Assembly (NCBI GenBank): GCA_964035545.1
Contig: OZ037765.1
Coordinates: forward strand, 23,621,504-23,685,503
Reading direction: 5' to 3'
DNA length: 64,000 bases
Source of the DNA: Bugula neritina
Lineage: Eukaryota > Animalia > Bryozoa
This document shows positions 37,647-48,067 of the stretch, one piece after another. Made by a program: the position numbers and the translations under genes. The notes under the pieces were generated by a model. It was given only the letters and a program-made list of their open reading frames with translations, had not been told where the DNA came from and made no database searches. Positions within the stretch are counted from its first letter, which is position 1. Every line of letters starts with the position of its first letter.

Positions 37647-40600
37647 CTACTTCATATGAAGAATCAAAGTTGAAGGATTTTCTAAGTACGATTTCCAAAG
37701 GTTTGAAAATTTGGCCATTAGTGCACCTTCAACAATCCTGTGATCAGCCGACCAGCTAACTTTCATGATATGCTGTTTTACAAGGTTGTCATCTTCATCA
37801 TATCTGGGCAGAGCCTGCAAGACAGGAATAAATAAACAGACTTTATAACAAGTACATTGCTTTAAAATATTTTGATGGCAAATAACATTTGTTTGCATGT
37901 TTATTGCAAAAGATTCTGCCTATAGCAGCGTTTATGATATATGAAATTGAGTATTGATGCAAGATGAGAGGCATACAGTTGGACCAACACTAAGTAATAT
38001 AATGTTGCAAGAGATCTAAAACCACTACACACGGAGCTCTTGTCTTAACTGTGTGTATGCTGTACCTGTATTTTTCCAAGAGCACCAATAGCTGCCTGAG
38101 GGGGGAGTATCACAGGTTTAGCATAAGTTCCACCAATCTAAAGCATTAAGACAAAATAAAATGGGAATGCCTCTAAAACCAAACAAAACATCTGTTCTAA
38201 AACAGGAGGTTGAGCCTGAAAGAGCTTAAATAAACTGCATCAGAGTTCAGTGCTGATATTTTTGCAGTTTAAATTTTCACTAAAACAAGCTTTAGAAATT
38301 GTTATTCATTTGCCATAATCAGTACATTTCAAAAATTTTAATATGCATGAAATTTGACAAAAAATATGCAGAAACATGAAACACAATGATTGGATGCATC
38401 TTAAGTTGATAATAAATGACCATCAAGGAAGTGAGTGATGAAGTTGGTATAATCTTCAACCAAAAGCTTATAATTAAGTTTTGTGAAAGTGAATTTTGTG
38501 ATGGCAAAGCTTTTTCTGAGAATCCACACTTTCTGAAAAAAAGTCCTGCAACAGTTCTCTTCTGGCATTTATGCTTTTTCTACATGTTTATATTTCACAA
38601 AACTAATTCACAACAGATCTCACTAGAGAGACAGCAACACTTACCGAGCCGATGTTGGATAGAGAAAAAGTTCCACCTGTAATGTCATCTTGGCCAAGTT
38701 TTCTCTGCTGCCCCAGCTTTACTATTCTGTCCAGTTCAATCGCAATCTCCAATATGGATAAGTTTTGCACATTCTTGATATTGGGCACTATAAGGCCATC
38801 AGGGCTGTCCATGGCAAAGCCAATATTATGAGCTGCCTAAATGTATTCACATAAACTCCATTGATATCCTCAGGCTTATTATGAAAGTTAGACTAGCTGT
38901 GCATATACACTCAATAAGTTGCTATGCTCTGAAAAACCATGCTCTATCAAACAAGCAATAAAATGGAAAGTAAAGCAATTATTATATAAATTTCAATAAT
39001 GAGCTCCAATCTCATCACAAAAAGCAACAACTATCATCCATAACTTTTCTCATTGCTCGTTAAAAATTCCATAAAAAATTGGCATCATACTACTGCTTGA
39101 TGAGCAACTCACATTTGTATTACACTGTGGATATAGTTCTACATTTACCTCAGCATTATAATTGAAATTGTACAAGAAATACTAATGTGGATTCTTCAAA
39201 GTAACACGTACTGTGATCAAATGCACTTTCTCACAGAATGGAAACCCTAATGAAACTCAAATTTGATAGCACAGTATCTCTACCTGATAGACAAGTATTC
39301 TCATCAACCAGCTCATGATGAGAATGGGGTATTCCATTGCAAGCAGATGCTGACTGCCTTCTATCTCAATCAATGTCTATCAATGTTACTGTATACTCAC
39401 CTTCAGTACAACTTTATCCTCTCCAATTAAACTGGAGTTGAGCACTGGATAAGCTTTCAGAGCTAAAGAGGTGGCCTAAAACAAGATAAATTTCCTGTGA
39501 CACACAAATATTTGTATCCAAGTATTCTGTCAGCAATGGTTTAATGGATTTATTATATAAACACTGGAAACTAAAAGAAAAATATTCCACAAATTATTAA
39601 ACAAAGGCACTAGATAGAATAGTGTGTTACCTTGATCATTACTGGCATATATGTGAACTGAACTTCACCAAGCATTGGTGACTTCTTCAACTCTTTTCTC
39701 AGTTTCACCAGCTCAGTCATATTCACTTCATCATAATAACCAAAGTGAGGAATGCTTAAAGCTTCAGTCATAGATTTAATCATAGCCTTCTTAATTCCTG
39801 TAGAAATATTTGCCTGCATATCACATACACGCAACTATATTTAAACAAACAGTAAAATTGGAAACAAGCAATACGACCAGGTGGCAGCACAAACAACAAT
39901 TTACAAACCAATCACAAAATTAAATACACCTGATTGTTAATAGGCATGTGCTAGTGTAAGATGTGCGCTGGGTATGCAGTTGACCTTTAAGGGTGATGAC
40001 AGTATCTTCCCCAACTGCAGTATCAAACTGTTGTTGGTTCACTGGTTTAGATATAGTGGGAACTTGTGGTTGAGATGGAGCTGGAGCAGCAGGTGGACTT
40101 TTCCCTGAAAATATCAAACAGAGGAGTTAGTCTGGAGCCGAAACTCAAACTCGGCTTTTCTCAACACCACAAGAAAAACTATGATTATTTCTATGGACTG
40201 AGATGACAACTCCCAGACAATATGTGCTGACTGGAATACTTTAAGCTAAGAATAACTATCAATGATAATTACCAAATTACGCATACCCAGATAATACATT
40301 ACTGAAAACGTACAGCCACTTTCATATAAACAACATAACAGTAACATGCATTACAAACAGAAAAAAACTTTGGAAAGAGAAGCATACAAAATTAGTTGTT
40401 TGCAGAACAAAACTTGAAGCATACCTTCAATCACTCACAGCAGGACCCGACTATTTTTTTATAAAAAATACTGTAATACAAACTCGGTATTAATTAAGAT
40501 TTATCTGATTACCAGGAATAGCTTTGTTCACGTAATTCAATACATCTTCTTTCATCACCCGCCCGTCTTTTCCTGTACCAACTACGTCACTCAGTTGTAT

Positions 40601-42190
40601 CTATGGAAGTTAACATAGCAATAATTAAAGCATTATTAAATCTATTTCACACAAATACTAAACTTCACGTTTATTTTTATTACTTATATTTTTATTATTT
40701 AAACTAAATGAGTAATGTACATTTGAATGTGATTGCGTACCTTATATTCTGAAGCTATTCTTCTAACAGCAGGTGTGGCCAACGCTTTGCCTAAGTTGTT
40801 TTCTCTTGGCAAAACCTTCTCAGATATTGGATTGGAAGGCAACTCCGATTGCAACTGCTCAGTCACCTTGGAGCCATTCACGTCATCTACCTGATCTACA
40901 GGCAAAGAATCCATACAATAATGTGTTTATATGGATAGACTAAAATAGAGCTTTCCTATCAAGTATAACAGTGAACAGCAAAATGTCTGCTAAAATGATG
41001 ACAAAACTTATTTTTATATAAATCCCATATCTTTTGGTATGGAAGCCAGCAAATACTTGAGGATACATAAAGCTCTATGTAGCAAATCTCATTTGCGAAT
41101 GTCCAGGTAAAAAATGCTAGTGTACCTGATCAAGGTATTTTATAACATACATTAAATATTGCATAAAGTTTTGGGAGTTTCAACAATAATTTTGTTTCTA
41201 TAATTGCCCATCAGGTTAACGGAATCTAAACTGATATATTTTACTTCATATTATAATATGATGCTTTTATTAACTTGATTTAGCAGCATTTATAATAACT
41301 TATAAAGTTGTTGACCTTACCCACTTCCCCTTTACTGAGCTCAATCTCAAGCAGAGGATCCCCCACTAAAGCTGTATCGTCTATGTTGTAGTGTCTTTTA
41401 GTTATTCTTCCATCATATCTACTTGTGATGGTAACGGAAGCCTTGTCACTCTGTACCTCACATATTCTATCAAACTGCTCAACATGTGTCCCCTCAACAA
41501 CAAACCTATGTGTAACATAATATTCCTTACATACGATGTCAAGCAACTGTGTAGGAGCAAAATATAATAATGCTTTTATTTTAGGAGCACAAGCCCAAGT
41601 AGGTATATGATACAATACTGATACATAATATTGAATATGTTTATTACGGAGCATATCATATATGACATACAATTACCGAAATAATAATGTTACGCAAGAA
41701 TAATTACCATTCCTTGATTACCACTTCACGAATACCCTCTCCTATGTCAGCTAGAAGAAATGGTACAACCTTGCCATGCCGCTCTATAAAATATCACCAT
41801 ATAATTTAATAATAAATAACAATTAGTATTATGGTACAAACATCAAATAGAGAATATCAATATAAACCCTACATATTAATAAAGCACTTACTCTCAGCTG
41901 TATGAAATGATCTACAGCTACTCTGATGTGGTGTAGATCTGTTGCTAATAACAAAAGGCTACAAATAATAAAATAAATCATAGGAAATTTAAATATAAAA
42001 TGCTTGCATTATCTATAGTTTAATTATTTTTTATTTTCGAGAGAAGATTTAATCTCACCTTTGTAGAGGAAAAATTAACAAATAAATGCTGAGAGCTTGC
42101 TAAAGTCTTGGAACAAAAACTAATCCTTTGCAAGCATCTATAAGACCCAAACATGTGCCTGCAGAGACCAATCGTTCGTGTGGATGACAT
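37647..42190 (-). CDS. DBT: Dihydrolipoamide branched-chain transacylase (BCKDH E2), 12 exons, ~498 aa
   Basis: Exons 42190-42059, 41958-41892, 41783-41708, 41505-41321, 40895-40741, 40600-40513, 40104-39985, 39797-39631, 39475-39401, 38836-38645, 38137-38066, 37814-37647 (1497 nt). Lipoyl domain LADIGEGI...[18 protein letters not shown], subunit-binding ALATPAVRR...GTGKDGRV, catalytic [10 protein letters not shown] and SWSADHR; basic transit-like N-terminus. Confidence 0.95.
39284..39357 (-). pseudogene. Decayed duplicate of DBT exon 9 (pseudo-exon)
   Basis: 74 nt bounded by AG and GT; with small indels reads [20 protein letters not shown] versus the functional exon [21 protein letters not shown]. 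Confidence 0.6.
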
Positions 42191-42931
42191 ATCTGTGTGG
42201 AAGATTTTATAAATATGCTTTTCCTATTTCTTTACAGGCAAATCATCAAACTTCCTCCCAGATTTTCCCAACCTTTAACATTAGTAATGAGAGTTAAACT
42301 GATGATGATGACAAACAACACAATGACCACTTCATGAAAATGCACTTGCCACTATCTAAAATCTAAACGCTATTAAAGGATTGCTCAATCTTAGTTTATT
42401 ACAATCACATTACAATTATGAACTATAATCTAATGTGTATCCAAACAATTGTGACTTTGCAAAGGGATATTTACCTAGAAAACAGCTTTTCAAAATTCCA
42501 ATTTTGAGGGAGGTAAAATTTTCAGCCATGAAAAAGAATAGCCTAATACGTGACGTGTGAACGCCAGTAACTATGCTGCACGTGCTAACTATAACGCTAG
42601 TATTCAAGGTTGCTGAGCACAACATTAACTAATATTGGTCAAGCAGTTACAGTGCGCTATATAGGTCAGCTTTAGTGTGCCCGTAATATTGCACAATCTG
42701 ACCTAGTTTAGATCGATCGCAGGCATTCATCCTAAAGAATGCATGTTTTTGCAATGCTTTTTTCTAATGTTTACAAGCAAAATATGGCCTAATGTTATTA
42801 CATACATGTTATTTAAAATGTCAAAAAACTATAGATTGAGATAATTCACATTTGCACTGCTATAAATATACAAATTACGAGCTGAAAGATCACATCTCAC
42901 AGTCATAGTTCTATAGTTATTCATTTGTATA

Positions 42932-42969
42932 GTCACGTGACCAGCAGGAATGCTGGCGCTGTTACGTCA
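42932..42969. promoter_or_regulatory. GTCACGTGAC (CLEAR/USF-type E-box) plus TTACGTCA (CRE-like), upstream of DBT ATG
   Basis: Perfect 10-bp palindrome at 42932-42941; TTACGTCA at 42962-42969; also TGACGTG at 42551 and CACGTG at 42579. Confidence 0.4.
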
Positions 42970-43424
42970 CATTTCCCAGCTCATTTCAAAATCGGCGTTT
43001 TGGCTGTTACCAATCTACACCCTCAACTTCAACTAACTTTTTCTACCTTTGGTCAAATGATTTTTGTCAATGCATGCTTAGAAAAACACAATATTATGTG
43101 TGTTTGACCTAAATGGCCATTTATTAGACAAGATAGAGCAATCCTTTAATTTGGTAAAATAAATTTACGTTTTCAAAGCCTATTGCTATGTCTATACAGT
43201 CAAATTTCGGCTTATCAACATTAGCAGTGCCAAGATTTTAATAAAAAAAAACATTGATAGTTTAATTTAGTTATGTTTGGTACGGATTTGATTGCTTCCC
43301 TACAAGTAAGGCAGGTCATGACTTGGCGAGCCATAGGGCATAGAGTAAATTAATTTCGACTAATTTCCCATTATAATTATAATGTTGTAAGACTATTGGT
43401 TGCAGTCATTGAAAGTTCTTTTAT

Positions 43425-43936
43425 TGGTGTCATCCCAGATAGACATTAGGCTAAATTTCCAACTTAGACGCTTCCCAGTTAGACGCTATTTATTTATTTT
43501 GGTACAATATATCTTTTATATGCAATTTATTCAAATATTATTGAAATATATGTATCTTTAAATAAACTTGGATCAATTGCTTGTTATTTAGCACATAAAT
43601 AAATTCTTTTGATCTGCATTAACTTAGTAATTTTGCATTTTCCATACTTCTTGTTGTTTGAAAAGATATTTTGTTAATAAGTATTCATTAAAGACAATGT
43701 CTATTATTAATGTATTACTGTTTTTGCCCCACACAAATCTATGAAAATTATAACATTATTCCAGATAATTCATGTTAGCAATTATAGCTATTAGCAAATT
43801 AGCTATTTAGCAATCAATACAACAGTTATATAGGTATATGTAGGTATATTAGTATTACTATATATGGTACCAAAATAAAAAATAGCGTCCAACTGGGAAG
43901 CGTCTAAGTGGGAAGCATCTATCTGGGATGAAACCC
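43425..43936. mobile_element. ~510-bp MITE/foldback element (family 2) with internally repetitive TIRs
   Basis: Left arm GGTGTCATCCCAGATAGA...TTCCAACTTAGACGCTTCCCAGTTAGACGCTATTT is the inverse of right arm AAATAGCGTCCAACTGGGAAGCGTCTAAGTGGGAAGCATCTATCTGGGATGAAACC; AT-rich non-coding interior. Confidence 0.8.
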
Positions 43937-43949
43937 TGTTATTACGATC

Positions 43950-44860
43950 ATGGTATATTGATAACTTAATTTTAGAAGTCTACATTTATTTTTAGGCCAT
44001 ATCTATTGCTATTACTATGTATTACTATTGGATATTTTTTAAATATCAATTTGAATTAAAAATAAATATACTTATTAACTTATAGTTATACTAATACTAA
44101 TAGTAGGCTAATAGTAATACTTATACTTATAGTCACTCTGACTCACAAGTAGTAGTACTAGTAGTTACTGTCTATTACTCTATGACTATTAACTATGACT
44201 ATCACTATTACTATTAGTATTACTATGAGTATGACTATAACTATAACTATAAGTATCAGCATCACTATCAGTATGAGTATGTTACCATGTTTTAGTGTAT
44301 TCACTATGATTATGTCTATTGTAATACTAATTGAGTATTGAATCAGTCTCATAGTCATAATGATAGTAATACTCATACTAATAGTAATACTAATAAGTAA
44401 TAGTGATAGTCATTATAATTTATATTCAATTTCATTCATTACTCATAAGTGATTATGAGTTTTACTTTTAGTTAATCATTATGATTGGATTAATCATTAC
44501 TCATAGTCATTAGACAGTTACACTTATAATAATAGTTACTGTTAGTCTTTGACGAAATCATTGACTCATATTGATAGTTACACTATTACCATTACTATTA
44601 CTATTAGTTTTACTAATACTTAATAGTAATACTAATAGTAATAGTAATACTTATACTTATAGTCCGTCACATTGAGTTTGACATTGGATTTGACTTTGAG
44701 TATTTACTTTCAGTGTAAGTCAGTTAGTAAGTGTTACTGTTACTGTTAGTGTTAGTATTGTTATTAGTTATTAGACGTTAGTAATTACTGTTGGATAATT
44801 TCAATTTTATCTTTTAATCTAACTTTTAGCACTTTAGTTTAACCAAGTTTTAAAATATAT
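43950..44860. repeat. Degenerate 6-bp-periodic T-n-A tract E, upstream of DBT
   Basis: 44194-44277 is 14 consecutive hexamers of consensus TATNAS; a 26-nt word is repeated at 44109-44134 and 44639-44664. Confidence 0.8.
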
Positions 44861-46537
44861 TTTACTTTTAATATATTTTGATTATTTAATATAAATACTT
44901 TGATATGCAAGACATATTTCATGCTGAATTTGATATTATAATTATGAAGTTCAAATTTCTGCATTTTTAATAACCGTTTCCGCACAATAATGATATATGT
45001 TATAATAATAATATTATTATAACGAATTGCCACAGGGCTTAAGTTACAATTCCAGTAGACACTGTTAACCAACGTTCATAGTAGTTATCCCACCTAAGTT
45101 AAAAAGACAACTCCACGTACTTAATAGCTGAGGATTTATATTACTTATCAGCTGTATTTTCAAAATATGAAGGTCATATAGTAATGAGCTATTAGAGAAA
45201 GAATGGGATCTAAATATTCTTTGAAATCTAAAGAATAAGTGTATAAATTGGGTATAAACTATACCCAATTCATACATCTATCCTAGTCAATTTAAGCTTT
45301 AGTATTCAGGCTTGTATTTAAAAATTGCTGTCATAATATTGTGATTCATCACTATCACCAGTGAACAAAAGTAACACTTTCACTTATCCTTCATGGTAAA
45401 AGCAAAACATAGAACATGCATGCTGATGTTTTTATCTTCAAAACATACAGTGTTGATGCATTTTCAACACTTAAAATTGCTCTTCGTTGCTCGAGAGAAT
45501 AATTTACAATATTAATATAATCAACCGCAACAAGATTGTAGATCATAATTGTACATATAATTATATATAACCCATTACCTATATCAGTAACAGCAGCTGG
45601 CCAAGCTTATCATAGTAGTGCTAAGCTAAACCTGTTGAATAGCAGTTTAACTTTAAGTAACTTGCATATTTTAGGTCTGAAGGTTTTCAGCTGAATATCA
45701 GGGATTTTTTTTTAACAAAGTAGATCAACACACCATTACTTTTCAACCAAATCTTTGATTTGCTTGAGCATATTGACTGCATTAATGATGCAATACTTCA
45801 TTATTACATTTGTATATAAGAATTTTGCTTATACATTCTGGGCATGGAGAAGCCAGCTGGTGATAAGACTTTCCTTAGAACCAAAAGTTAAATTTATTGG
45901 CATTAAGTGTAAAATAGTTAGTTTTAGAGATCTGGAAGATCTTGCCAGCTCAGTTTAAAGTAGTTGCACTCTTGGAACCCAAAACTATAAACTATCACAT
46001 TATGTTATGTGACTTGAACCGCTCGCTGTTCAAGCACTCTACTGATTGCAAGCAATTAGTATATTATTAAAATTAGAACTCAGGTATGTATGGAAGAAAC
46101 AGCAAATACTTTATATTGATAATTATTATGATGAACCAATTTGTTAGGTGTGTATCTTTACATAGAATTGATGGGGAGCAAGTACTTGTCTTGAAATAAA
46201 ATACATTCAGAACTGAAATTGCTAGCTGCCTGTTGAAACATATGGTACAGGTTTGAAAACGAAGATGCAATATTACTGTAGTCCATGATCATTTGAAGCA
46301 AAAATATTGAAGGAGCAAGATGGGTCTATTTCCCAACAAAACAAAAGTAATTTGCTATTTTGAAGCACTATCCGCTTTGTAAAGATACCAAATGAATTTT
46401 ATAATAATTTAGTACTAATTTAGTATCTAGTCCTTGTAATTTGGCATACCAAACCAATATTTATCAAGAGCAGATAAAAATTATGAAACCATTCTAGCCA
46501 AGATTTGAAAGCTAGAGCTTATCTAAAATACCAAATA

Positions 46538-47424
46538 CAGTCATTTGCAAAAGTTTACGACCACCTTTCAAACTTCGTTGTTTTCACAACGATGCCTAAT
46601 CACATGAGATGACGATATTTGCCCTATGCACAACCATCAAACTATTATCCTGGGCTAATAATGCATGATTTTGTCTAATGAGATCATGTTTTATAGAAAA
46701 CTTTACATTCCTTGCTGTAAGATATTGTTTGTTAATTCCGTAAGGAACATCTGCAAAAATGAAAAATAGGGAAGAAATGTTAACTGTCTTCCACAAAAAT
46801 AGCTCAAATTGTAGCATTCAAAGAGAAGGCCATTCAGAAAGACATTTGGCAGCAAAACTTAACAATAGCAAATCAATTCCTAATCAGGCTACTATGTGGT
46901 ACCAGGAAACATCAGCATGCAAAGATGGTTGGGAGAGCCATATTGGTGACGGGTATAGTTGGACTTTATTTCTATGAAAAAAATGGACTTAAAAATTTGA
47001 GAGAAACTCAAAAATTGCTAGAAAACAAATTGGATTTACAGCCCTGACCTGAACTCCATTGAAAGTTTGTGGATTGTTCTCAAAAATAGGACAGCAGAAA
47101 CACAACCTGGAAGCCATGAAGCAGTGAAAGAAGCCATCAAGACAACATAGATTTAGGATATGTCTCAAGAATGTTGCAAAACGCTAATCGAGAGTATGCC
47201 TAGGGGCCTGGATGCCGCGATAAAAAATAATGGTCGTCATATCAAATATTAAACTTTCGTGACAAAATAGCTCTTTCCTGAATCCCATACATAGTACACA
47301 AAAACTCAATAATAAATGTTTAAATACTAAATAAAAGAGCAATCAACATAATAATAATGTAACTTCTAATTGGTGTAACGGGCATTACCAAACAAAGGTG
47401 GTCTTAAACTTTTGCAAATGACTG
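46538..47424 (+). mobile_element. Internally deleted Tc1-family DNA transposon (887 bp)
   Basis: TA flanks; 31-bp TIR CAGTCATTTGCAAAAGTTTA(C/A)GACCACCTTT with 1 mismatch; transposase C-terminal remnant SPDLNSIESLW...LIESMPRGLDAAIKNNGRHIKY* containing stops. Confidence 0.92.
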
Positions 47425-48067
47425 TATATCCAACTCTGAAAGTAAACTTAGTTTAAACTGTTATATATAAGCGACCAGGCAATAACTGAGCACTGAATAA
47501 TAAAAGCATTTTATTACATTGATTGACTTAAAAGCTACCAAAAGTATTCTTTACAAGTATTCTATTACAGGGTGATTCATGCATACCTCTCAACAGGATG
47601 AAATAATGTGAATAGAAGAGAACCATTCTAAATTTCAACAATAAATGTAATCTTTAAAATGATAAAATAATAACCCAACTGTTCAATCTAAAATGCTGTT
47701 TTTACATGCCACAAATAATTTGTGCCCATGTTATCCATAACACAGTGAATATTTAACAAAAAATCAACAGAAGCAACAAGAATTGATATTAAAAATGAAT
47801 TTATATACATTGATAAAACAAGCCTTTGGCATATAGAACACGCTTTCTGTTAAATTAATGTCTTATTTTGATTTAACTATATTATACAGGTTCAAAAGTT
47901 GAGGAAGACTCATACATTTATCTAAAACAGAGGTGATTGTGATAATAGTTGGATGAGTGTCAAAGGTTATATGCATAGATTGAGCAGTAGAATACTGTTT
48001 CTGACCAGTTTAGACCGTTGGCATATTACAAACAGTAGGCAATGATTAACTAATTGATCATTAACAA

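Noticed and set aside
44158-44376. Hydrophobic ORF ILIVIVIV..., and the alternating T/I ORF at 6587-6850
   Set aside because: By-products of the hexamer periodicity; no supported splice structure or homology, and the register shifts frequently.
46008-46053. tRNA-like A/B-box fragment on the minus strand (…CAGTAGAGTGC…GGTTCAAGTC)
   Set aside because: No cloverleaf can be built; at most a decayed SINE head.
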